Source: Lingula anatina (Eukaryota; Animalia; Brachiopoda). Taken from it: a DNA stretch of 64,000 bases. The stretch lies in contig CM120640.1 in the NCBI GenBank assembly GCA_051362555.1, positions 12,648,001 through 12,712,000 of the forward strand, in the 5' to 3' direction. The position numbers and the translations under genes were made by a program. Below are positions 27,801 through 38,675 of the stretch, piece after piece (positions within the stretch are counted from its first letter, which is position 1; the number at the start of each line of letters is the position of its first letter). The notes beneath the pieces were generated by a model. The model was not told the origin of the DNA, did no database searches, and worked only from the letters and a program-made list of their open reading frames with translations.

Positions 27801-30800
27801 GTGAAAGGATATGTTACTGTCTTAGCAGTTTTTTCTACTTCAAAGTATCTTTGTGAAGTGAAAAGATACTCCTAACAAAAAAAAAATAGAGCAAAGTGTT
27901 ATCCTATTATTGAGTTTTATACTTTATACTATATTATTTTTGACTCCATAGTAAAGTAGACTTTTGTATGACTAGTAACTTTTATCTGGATTTGGAAATG
28001 TTTCTGTAATATCATGTTTAATCCAGGGGACTTGGTGAGTACAGCAAGGCAGAGGGATTTTTGCTGGATGCCCTGAAGATGTACAAAAGAGAAAGGTGGA
28101 CCAGCATAGCAGACCATATCCGGGTCAAGGTTGCTCAGTGTCAGGAAAGAGAGGGATCAATATCAAAGTATCCTTGTCTGTTATGCAGGATTAGGTACAC
28201 TTAGATGGTTATTGGCCTCAAGGGCTTTTAATTTTTGGCAAGACAGATATATTCATCACTTTTCATATCCTGCACCAGTGTTAAGTCTAATGAAACGGAC
28301 ATAAGTGTGTATCTGTGAATTGTTGTTGATCCATGAAACTTTTATCGAAAACCATGATAAATCCATGGTTTGAAAAGCATTTGTACATGCCAACAACATT
28401 ATAAATACGGCTTTCAGTATGATAGATATTTTTTGGTGATAAAAAGTTTTAGTATTAAGGCAGTCAAATGTAAACTTAATAATTTGTAAGCAACCAAACC
28501 GATGGTTTTCACTAACGTCAGTCCTTTGTATAATGTAAAATTGCATATATATACAAAAGCTACATTACAGTGGGTTATCTGACATCCTTTACACTGTGCT
28601 CAGATACCTTCGTTCATGTGTGTGTATTGCAAGCAGCCAAGACTTGGATGATGACTTGAGAATGGATTACTATAGAAAACTACTTAAGCTAACAACAGAT
28701 GTCTCAGGTATCCGTGGCTTAAAATATGTAAATCAACTTTAATAGCCTCTCAGAACCTTTTGTTTTCTTATTTCTGGTACACATAAAACACAGGTTGTTA
28801 TTTGCCTGAGTTATACATAGAATATGATAAAGCCACATATTATCATCATAGGAATTTCATTAATAGGCAAAAACTGATAAAACTTTCAAATATTGCCAAT
28901 ATAGGGTTTTCCTAAATTACTTCATGTGTATTTCTTTCTCAGATGGCCCATACACCCTGAAAGCCTACCCCTTGCTGACCTTTGACAAGCCTATCCTGGA
29001 TAAGCAAGTCTGTATAATAGGTGACCACATCACAATAACACTAGGTGTAACCAATCACCTCCCAGGACCTATCACATGCAACATGCTTAGCATTGCCCTG
29101 GAACCCTCAGGCAGTCGTGCGCTGCATGGGCACCATCACGTGCGGCACCACAGTGGCACCAGCTCTAGCAGCATGGAGCTGTGTCTGGATACTACGAAGT
29201 ATAAAGTATTTGAGGAGTATGAGTATACTAGTAATGGCCAGGTGCAAACTATAAGACTTCAGTGTCATGATGCCAGTACGATGGATAAACAGATAGGACT
29301 GAACCATTCTGGGACCCAGAAAGATGTACAGTTGGATGATTACACTATATCTGCAAGTCTAGAGCATGTTGTGATGATGCCTGGACATAATACTTTTTCA
29401 TTGTCAACAAAGGTAAGACGCTTTATAAGTAGTGTATCACTGTACCTTTTACTGCCAGCTATTTCTATATGTACATCCTCAAAGTTAGGTTTTGATATGT
29501 CTAGCTTATAGAATATATGTTGCTTTACTCATTATGCCTTCTTGAACCATAAGTTACTCTTTTCCATTTCTTTATTGTTTCAGTTGGATGATTTAGGCAG
29601 CTACTGTCTGAGTCAATTGTGTGCAGAGGCCTGTCAAATACAGCTAGTGGAATCACTGCAGGAGTTGCTCATAGAATTCCAAGTTAAAGCAGATGCATCC
29701 ACTGTGTGTCTCAAGTCTCCATCTGGTGAGTAAACAACTGTGAAGCATCTGGAGAGGAAACTGCCAACTGCTGCATCCAAGTTAAAATGCTAAGGGCATG
29801 CCTTGTGTGGTGTAAAAACAAATATTAAAATATTCTCATTCTGATAGATTTGTGTTAATGACAACTTTTTCCTGCAGATGTTCCATTTTTAGAGTTTTTT
29901 TGTAAAATGTGTTTGTTTCTATCTTTGAAAAGGTCTATATTGTAAAATGTTTTTGCTTGAAGAAACTTGATTTTCTCATATGTTACCACCATCAGGGCAA
30001 GTACTAGCTGGTTTTGTACAAGAGCTAGAGTTGATTGTAAACCCAGGCAGCTACACAATTCCAGAGGGCGCTGTTCTTCATGTATCATCACAGACACTAC
30101 AGATATTTCAGGATGAAGGCCAAAACAAGCTGACATCTGTAACATTACCAGCCTTAAAGGCTTATGAAACATGGGAACAAAAGATCTTTGTCAAGGCAGC
30201 ATTGGGGAGTGTTGATGAAGAAGAACATTTGGTAATTGATAATCATTAACAGCTTCCTCCATTACACTACTTAGCCAGTTTTGTTATATACTGATACTGT
30301 GCAGAGACCATCTCTCTGGAAAAATATTATAAAGTATTGCTGCTCCTAGAATCTGACAAAAAATAGTGATGGCATTTATATATGGATGGGGGTTTGAATA
30401 TGATGCTACTTTTCCATATAATCTGGTTCATACTTTTTAACCTAATAACCATCACTTGTGAAAGCATGCAATGATTGTTGTGAAAGAACCATTTGTTTTG
30501 TTGAAAATGGCTATAGTAAGTGGTTAAGACTGGAAAGAAGAAATAGATTTTTTTTATTATCCAGGTTGATGTAGAGGGTGACTGGAACAACAGTATCCTA
30601 TGTCAGAGCTTAACATTCCAGCAACCTTTCTGCTTCAAATGCAAGATGAGGAACACAATCAGCAAGTAAGGACTGTATCTAGAAAAGAAAAATACTAGTG
30701 TTTTTCAAATGTAAAACCTCTGTAAAACGATTCTATTATTTTAGATAAATCTTCTGGCAGACACTTGTAAGTCTGTGTTTCTGAAAGAATTTCTTTTACT

Positions 30801-33531
30801 TTTTTTATTTTGCTTCTAGGAGGTTTGTGGAGTTAACAATGACAGCGACCAGAACACTGAGTATCACAGTGAACCACACATCTCTGAAGATACAAGGTGT
30901 AGCTGATGAAAATATTGTGCCCTTCTACACCGATGCTCCTATGGTGAGACAATAGGAATATATGGTGTCTGTAACATAATTAATTATTGAATATTGTGTA
31001 TGTAGTTTGTACCTGAGCAAGTTGGCAGTTAGCTTGAAAATTGCTTGTAAACCACAGTGACCCGTACTTCAATGTTGTTTCCATATTGTATGCCAGAGGC
31101 ACAATAACCAGGAGTCTACAGGACTGATGTAACACATTCTGCTATGAACCTGAACTGGATTCAGACAAGCTATAAATACTCTGTATAATAGGTTCACCAG
31201 ACAATGAAATGTATTCACCATTGATAGATAAATATTTGAGGCCTAGTGTCTCTGTGTAAAGGCGTAGATGCAGAGGATTCTTATCCTACGTTTAACTTTT
31301 AGGTGCTAACAGCCAACCAGAGTGCTACATATTTGTGGCAGTTAAAAGAGATCCCAGCTAACATGCAGACACTGTCTTGTAGTTTGGTATTGGGTTTGCA
31401 GGATCCTACTGGCAGACAGTGCAATGCTGATTATAATTTCAAGCTAGAAAATGAAGAGGTATTTTTCAAGGGCATTTGTTCAATATCGTATGATCAGATG
31501 CAGTCAAGTTACATATCCATAATCCATTGGAATAAATCAACATTGAAAGTTGCTTTGAAAAATAAATAAGGGTTATTAATTAAACATGTAATATAAAATT
31601 ATTGTCATTTACCATGTTGGGTGTTACTTTCATTTTTTGTTGATTTTCCTTGTGAAACTCAAGTGTCACGCAACAGCATGCTATATGCACTTTCTCCTCA
31701 TCTAATCAGTTCCCCTCTTTTTTTAAGATGAGGTATGGCATGCTGACTTCCATCAGAAGTGACTCTGAAGGACCAGTTAAATCAGGGGGCACATGTACTT
31801 TAAATGTAGATATCCAGGAATTGGGAAATGCCCACCAGGCAGAGCAGCTGACCTACCAGATAGAAGTGGATAAGAAATGTTGGGTTGTTATGGGAAAGAC
31901 TGCAGGTATGGATTAGCTGTTCATTAGTAATTATTAACACGTGAGATGTGGATTTTTTAGGCTGTTTTGTGTGAATCCTCAGGTAATGTCATTTTTGTAC
32001 CACAAACTAAAAGAGTAATGCTGTTGGTTAAGTCAGTTGATCATTGCAATTGCTGAAGTAGGTTCTACTATTCCAAAAATTTGTTGCTGCTGTTGCCAAT
32101 TAATTAAGTGCAAGACTATTCTCACTCATATCATGGTAGAAAATTCAATTTGCATTCTTTTAAACTACTTTGTATTAAGTTGATCAGTGCATTTGGCGAT
32201 TTTCTTGGTTCGCCTGTATTTCAGTAAGGAAATGAGAAATTATAGAAAGAAAATGCTTATACAATTTGATTAGTATTATCTCAAGGGAAGCTAATTGGCA
32301 AACTTTCTTATGAGTTGTGAAAGTAATCAGTAAAATCTATATTTTTGCTTCTTAAACAAATTGTCTCAGGCAGAAGTGTAAAGAAAATTGTTATCCAAGC
32401 TTTTACTTAAAAGATCACTATGTAATTTGCTCCTTTTAGACAGTCTATTCTGGTAAAATTATAATTAGTGTTTTTTGCTCAGACTGTATATGTGTTTATG
32501 TTACATCCTAAATTGTTTTTAGCATTGTGTGTGTGTCAGTGTGTGTCAGTGTTTAGTACACTATATATGATAAAGTCAAGTTAATTTAAATAGAGTGCCA
32601 TGGTTATTTTACATGTTATTAAAATTGTTATTGATTTGATCTTTTAGAATATAATTATTTTTTCTTATAATAATAGGTGAAATAGGTTTACAAAATGGGC
32701 GTGGGCACATGTCCCTGAAAGTGGTACCACTCCAGTGTGGTTATATCCCAGTGCCTTCCATTAAAATATCAGGTATGTCTTGCATTCAAATTTTGTTATT
32801 CTAGGTGTCATAGTGCACTTTCATTGTACTCCCCTTCCTCATATACAGATGCTTGTTGTCTTAAATTTTTGTGTCTGTCCATGCTTTGATGTTGAAGATA
32901 TATTATTTTTCTCGATCATTATTATAGTTTTAGACTGTTGTTTCCTGTTTATATATTTTTGGTATAATGCCTCTAAAAGTAAAGTTGCTTGCATTTTGGT
33001 TATCAACTATTATACAATAAAGCAATTTGAGTTACTGAGGATGTTGGTTATTATATAGTGTTGTATCTTGGGATATTTTTACTTACTTTAACTGATGTGT
33101 TTATCTACCTCTTCAATCATGTCATTTTAATAATATTATAATGATGTACTTTGGATAACAAAATGTCATCTTGACAATTGAATTTTTTGCACCCTTTCTC
33201 CTTTGAACATTAATATCCTTTCCTAACATTTAATTTTAGTGTAGAAATAGAATAAAATACATAATTTGCACTTGTCACTATAAAGAAATGTTATCATCTT
33301 TGCAGAAAGAATGGAAATACTGCATTAACTGTATTGCTTACATGGATTTGTGTTCGTGTCTGAGAGAGAAAGATGTCAAATATTACAGACTGTTTAAGCC
33401 ATACAACATTAACTTCTCTTTTTTCAAATACCCTTACAGATGCAGGAAATCCAGGTGAATTCAGTGAAAGAAAAAGCCACCATGTATTTGATGCCAGTGC
33501 AGCACAATGTGTCACAGTGGAAATGTCATAA
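23319..33531 (+). CDS. TRAPPC10: Trafficking protein particle complex subunit 10 (TRAPPII subunit, Trs130 homolog), complete multi-exon gene
   Basis: Starts MEKRPIIT (23319), then YGDQTLYSSLCPAVTEMLPRAAVEWRRSYGRPARKVCVEATFVPF, LPYFHLYWTDC, DWMIIVV, LLPRTNVYDKVKNDF, RTQAGWDFCQYFLMQEELAFMFEMLGVYEDALIQYDELDALF, LLDLRSYLFSRQC, ELAMGTFKHIGRMRSA, WVVMGKTAG and VVPLQCGYIPVP. The stop is TAA at 33529-33531. Matches recalled human TRAPPC10 motifs, with GT-AG boundaries. Confidence 0.95.
24804..24848. repeat. (AT)n microsatellite followed by poly-T
   Basis: About 22 TA units are directly visible. A shorter (TA)n lies at 9966-9993. Confidence 0.95.
28168..28603 (+). other. U12-type (minor spliceosome) GT-AG intron in TRAPPC10
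   Basis: 5' splice site GTATCCTT at 28168. Branch-point-like TCCTTTAC at 28585-28592, ~12 nt before the AG at 28602-28603, with no real polypyrimidine tract. Splicing restores the frame (QEREGSIS-K-YLRSCVCIAS). Confidence 0.88.
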
Positions 33532-33766
33532 AATCTTTATGAACTGAGCACTAGTCAGATGGTATATCAGGAGTTGTGTTTTGTTGACGATCTTGTTAAG
33601 TGTTTGACTGTTATTTGAAATGATATGGATATGCTAGAGGTGAGCGGCAAATCCCCAAGAACTGTTTTATTTTTGGAGTTTAGTGTCCCTTATTTACACA
33701 GAGCATGAGCATACAATTCCCCTGAGCAACTGAGGTGCCATTTATTTATTTTGAAGTAAACAGGAA

Positions 33767-35900
33767 CTAGCTTTTTTTCTTCCCTTTCCCATGTTGAAGT
33801 GGGGATCCAAGATCTGGATTTGTAACATGTGAGTTACACCACATCTTTGTTTTCCAGTTAGCTATCTTCAAGTGTTCGATAAAGCTAGCTTCAAATGGTG
33901 GCAGTTTTGCAGTTGCCTGATCTTTCTTATTTGCTATTTTAAAACGTTTGGATTGAGATTTGTGTAGATCTTTTTCTATTTTATCATACAGCAGAGCCAC
34001 TAGTTTTCGTGCTTCATCAGTGGCACCATCTTTAGCACATTGGCCCATCATTTTTAGGTCCTACAAACTCTCTGCCTCTTTCTTTTGGGTAGCCTTCATG
34101 ACTGCTCTCTTCCCAATCCCAAATAAAAAAGAAACAGAGTCACATCCAGTAGTAGCATGCACAGCGGGAAGAATCTTGCATGACTCGGAATCAATGGCTG
34201 AGCAAAGTGCATGGACAGGTACAAGTTGCTGTCTGTCTGTTGTACTACCAATGCAACTAGTCGCTATCCACATGAAAGTCACATTTTGCAAGCAAGGAAA
34301 ATAATACAGTGCAATCTGTATTTATCAGCTAATACAGAATGTAAAACCATCCTTGTGTCAGCCTCTTCTTGCAAGCTTGAAGCCTGTAGAACCACACCTG
34401 TACTCGTGATGGACATCACCCTCTCTCCTTTGGCAAATCCTCCAACAACCAGAAGCCTCTTATAAGGGTGGTTTTGCATCCAGTGTGGGGGCATGCTTGA
34501 TCAGATATGTACAAAGAAACATACCTAGTGACTGTTTGTTGGAAGCTGTATTTAGCAATTTATGCTTCATCCCTAACTGTGGTCCATATCTTTGGTCTCT
34601 CTCTGCAGTTTTCACTGAATCAGGACAATCACATCTATCAAAAACAACAACAGTGACACTTGTACAAAAAAACTGCCTGAAGGATTTTAAGATGTGAGGA
34701 AGCAAATTCATTAAATGTGTGCTATTTGCCCCCAGACATCATCTGGATTATTGCCACTGCAACCTGTATGTACACAACTTCTGACAGGTTTCCACGAGGG
34801 CAATCAGGTACTTGCTCACAGAGACTCTCCAATTGGTTTCCTAGTTCAGCTTTATTTGTTTTCCCCATTGTGCCATCAGTACTAAAGATTGATGTCGGCA
34901 CTGGACCCACGGAATAACTTGGGATTGTTTCTCTGGAAACATCTCCTTGACTCATAGACAGTGATAAGTCTCTGCAGAAAACATTCTCTGGATTTAGTGT
35001 CCCTTATATCACTGTGGATCCCAATTTGAATTTAGCCTTTCTTATCACGTCTGCAAATAATCTTAATTGTGATTTGCTGATTGTACTATTAAAGATGACT
35101 GAGCCAGGTTCAAGTATATTTTGGACAAATGAAGCTAGCTTTTCTTCACCAGTCTCCAGGGTACGTAGGCTTCATTCACATGGAAGGTCTATTTTCTAAA
35201 AATCTATTTTCTATTCGCGGTATCTTATGATCACGGTCTGTGCCCTGAATATCCCGCGGCGTAATTACTGGCAGCGTGAGCCAGTTACTTATACAAAGCT
35301 GTAATTAATTCTCGGCTGTGCTCGCATTCTATAAAATCTCATCCTCCGTTGCCGCATCGCTTGCCATCCGATCATGATGGTTGCACTCGTATCTGTCGTG
35401 TGTATAGCTTCTTCATCTTTTTCGTCTTGTTGTTGCACAAAATTGACAAACACATTTTTCAAAGCAACCGCGACCGCCATTAACTTTCTAACTTCTTACT
35501 GCGCATGCGTCAAGGTATCAGAATCTCCTCCGAGCACAGTCGAGAATTAATTACAGCTTTGGAAGTAACTGGCTCGCGCTGCCAGTAATTACGCCGCGGG
35601 ATATTCAGGGCACGGATCACAAGATACCGCGAATAGAAAATAGATTTTTAGAAAATAGACTTTTCATGTGAACGGAGCCTTAGTAGAGAGGTGTGTGCCA
35701 AAGAAGCATGGAGACCAGTAGAAATGTTGATTAGAACATTTGGGTGATCTTCTGCATCAAATAGATTGATCAAATTGTTCACTAAATGCCTAGATATTTC
35801 TTGCGGATGTTCTGCATCTTTCTTTTTTTATCTTGGAGGCAAACTCTTGTCTGTGACCTGTCTGTTTTTCATATCTGTGGCCATCCCATTCACCAAGAAG
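33767..35900 (-). pseudogene. Frameshifted transposon ORF (C-terminal part, with PIN/XPG-like and H3TH motifs)
   Basis: Collinear fragments in different frames: LINISTGLHA, SYSVGPVPTSIFSTDGTMGKTNKAEL, VVVFDR..DSVKTAER, NKQSL, EEADTRMVLH, LPAVHATTGCDSVSFLFGIGK and LPPFEASFIEHLKIANW. Interrupted by stops, frameshifts and a MITE. Confidence 0.8.
35168..35679 (-). mobile_element. MITE copy B (same family as 17597-18108, opposite orientation), nested in the Academ-like ORF
   Basis: Same ~150-bp TIRs (GGCTTCATTCACATGGAA...TTTCATGTGAACGGAGCC). The core is the reverse complement of the copy A core. Flanks are GTA and TTA. The host ORF continues on both sides. Confidence 0.85.
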
Positions 35901-38399
35901 AATACTGTAAAGAATAGATAAAATGTATTGATGTGTCCTCATATAATAATGATAAACAACTGATATAAGGAAGGGTTTAATCTCCTTATGTATACTCTTC
36001 ATCAGGCTATTTAGGATTAATTAACCTATGTCTTAGTAATCACACATTATTTATATTCCATTAAGTATGGTTTCATTTTTCATAATGAATACAAAAAGAA
36101 CATTATTTATTAAATTTATCTTGCTGAGAACCACTTGTTATTATGGGATGCGACCTACGTAAAAGAATGATGGGAAATGGCACATTAACAATATTATAAG
36201 CAACACATTATTATAGAGGAGACTTGTGTGTTCATTTTTGTTGCAATTTGAAATCTTATATTTATTTCTCCTAATATCTTACTATAATATATATCTTTAT
36301 CTAATGAGAAAGTATAAAACATCTCAAATTCTAATTATTTTTGCATGTATAGACGTAATCTGCATCTGTGCATTGCAAAATGTAATAATGTTATTTTAAT
36401 TATAAAAGGGTGGCCATATCAGATTTTGAGGCCATCTTGCACTGAAGTGGTGGAATTTTTTTGAAGTAACATATTACAGCATTCTTTATATCAGTATAAC
36501 ATAACATGTAATTTATCACAGGCTTTTCACCTTCATGAAAGATGTGACAAATGTCCCTAAATTTTAGAGGCGTTTGTTTTTGTGTTTATATGATATACTT
36601 TTTTAATACTTATATTTGCAATGGCTGCCAATTTGGATATTGTGTCACTCTTGAATTTATGAAAAATATGAAAAATTTTGACATACCCATATGCTAAGAT
36701 CTTATGAAAATGTTGTTTTAAGTTTTTTGGTTTTTTAATAAGATACCTAAAACATTAACAAAACAGGTGGCCACCATGGATTTTGTTTGTTTTCATGTAA
36801 TGGTTATATACCCTATGGTCATCATGGCTAACTTTGACCATCAGACTCAGCTTTCAAATGATGTACGGTTTGGGTTTGTGTATACAGGTATAGGGATACT
36901 AAATCCAAAAATTTTGGCCTCTTGCTGCTCACCTGCTAGTACTACATGTATTGGTGCAATATTCTTTGTTTAAACAAAGAAAAGAAGTATTATGAGAATG
37001 AAGATATAAGAGTCTGGATATTCATATAATATATTGCTCGCTGGCAGTGTCACTGCTATCTCTAATATTTTCAAGCTATATTGGGGCCAGGCAACAGCAT
37101 AAGGCCTTTTTTCTGCATTGAAGTACTCATGTATTATAATGGCTTTACTGTAGAACTCCTTTGTATAACCATATTATTAGTTAATTGAAGGGGATAGACA
37201 GGTATAGCGATAATGGGCTTACTCACCATTGGAGCCAGAAGTACGAGGTATGATTTCATTAAAAAATTATGAAATATCTGTATGTATCCTATAATTTATT
37301 TTCCTTTCAGTTGCAAATTGTTATTTACTTGGATTGTAATAAAGCAATCACAGTATCATATGAGAGCCATTTCTATAGATAAAAATGGAACGAAACAATG
37401 TTTGTATGTACCACAAATTGAAACAATAAATAATGACTTTTATTAAGATGAGCAGCCCTTTGTCTTTTAGCAATTTTTTTCCGCAAAATTGGACTCTAAA
37501 GTTTTTGTATTATAAACCTCAATTTTCAAATACCAGGAATTAGATTTTGATCAACTTTTTGGTAATGTTTAGAGGTAAGCTATCCATGTTTGGGAATGCC
37601 CCAGAGTCAAATGTTTACATCTTCTGCAAAGCTATTAATCTTTTTCAATTCAAACCCTAAAAATGATAAAACCCCTCATATAAAAGTATCTTATGTTGAT
37701 ATTTTCTTCTTAAATGTACAGGAAGACGTGACAGGCTAAATGACTGCCCAGTTATTTAAAACAAAATCAGAATACAAAACATTGAATCTGAGTGCTGGGG
37801 CAAGTTGAGGAATGATTTGTGCATAGCTCAAATTTCTTGAGGAAAATTCGGGTTGGCTTGATAATCCTGCATAGGATACCTTCGATTTTTAGGTGTATGC
37901 TGCCCTTTTTTTTTTTTTTTACCAGAATAAGGTAATTGTGTCTTTTTATACATAAATTACTACACCAGTACTCCCCTTCTGCTCTTTTGCTGGAAAAGCC
38001 AGTGCAGAAAAGTACCTTAAAATTATTGGCTGTTAAAAATATTTTAATTGTTACGATATATTATTCCACTGGTAGAATTTTGAATAATTTAAATGAAAAT
38101 CTGGGATAATAATGCAACATTTTTCATCAATCAACAGCTAGGTTTAAAATTGTTGTTTACCTTCAATATATTATAAAGTAATGGAGGTAAACAACAATTT
38201 CAATACTAGCTTTTGACAAATTACTTCATGTGTTACGCATCTAATGGATTTTTTTCTCTGAAAAGATAGGAATATGTTATTTCTAACAAGTGGTAGAATG
38301 GGAATTCTTTGAATTTTTTACGATTCCTTTTTTTTTTTTTTTTTTGTAAATAAGAGAACTCGTTTAGTTAAAATGCTTCTTCAAGATTTTGAGGCACAG

Positions 38400-38675
38400 T
38401 TTTGAGTTTTTTTTTCGCTCGACGAACTTACCGGAAGTAATTGCTAAAAAAATTGGAATATGTACACAGACAACAAAAAGAACGAAAAGGTCCTGTGTTT
38501 TTTAAAGATAATCGTGCTAATAGGCTTAAAAACACATTAAATTTTATTTCTTTCGCCACCGCACCCCCCCTCTCCCCAAGAAAAAGCACCACAAGAGTCT
38601 CTGAGAGGAAGTGACGAAAGTGACGCTCTCCTCGAGCGCACGTGGTAGTAGTTCCAAGTTGTCGCGGGTGAAAAG
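38400..38675 (+). promoter_or_regulatory. CpG-enriched promoter and probable non-coding first exon of an unidentified gene
   Basis: CCGGAAGT (ETS-like, 38431), GGAAGTGACG, CACGTG (E-box, ~38639) and local CpG enrichment. The donor AAAAG|GTAAAT is at 38675. Downstream candidate UTR exons are 39688-39744 (|GTGAGT) and 40673-40770 (|GTAAGT). Confidence 0.6.

Larger units (their letters stand above)
33635..36938 (-). mobile_element. Decayed Academ-like DNA transposon (XPG/FEN1-like nuclease-encoding type), internally deleted
   Basis: Imperfect TIRs: TAGAGGTGAGCGGCAA at 33635 versus TAGCAGGTGAGCAGCAA (reverse complement ending at 36938). The subterminal TTTTTGGA(G)TTTAGT(G/A)TCCCT appears at both ends. 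5'-TAG termini plus an XPG-like ORF fit the Academ superfamily. No clear TSD. Confidence 0.7.

Noticed and set aside
28708-28716. Donor GTATCCGT as a second U12 intron
   Set aside because: It deviates from GTATCCTT, has a U2-like CAG|GT context and a normal polypyrimidine acceptor at ~28942.
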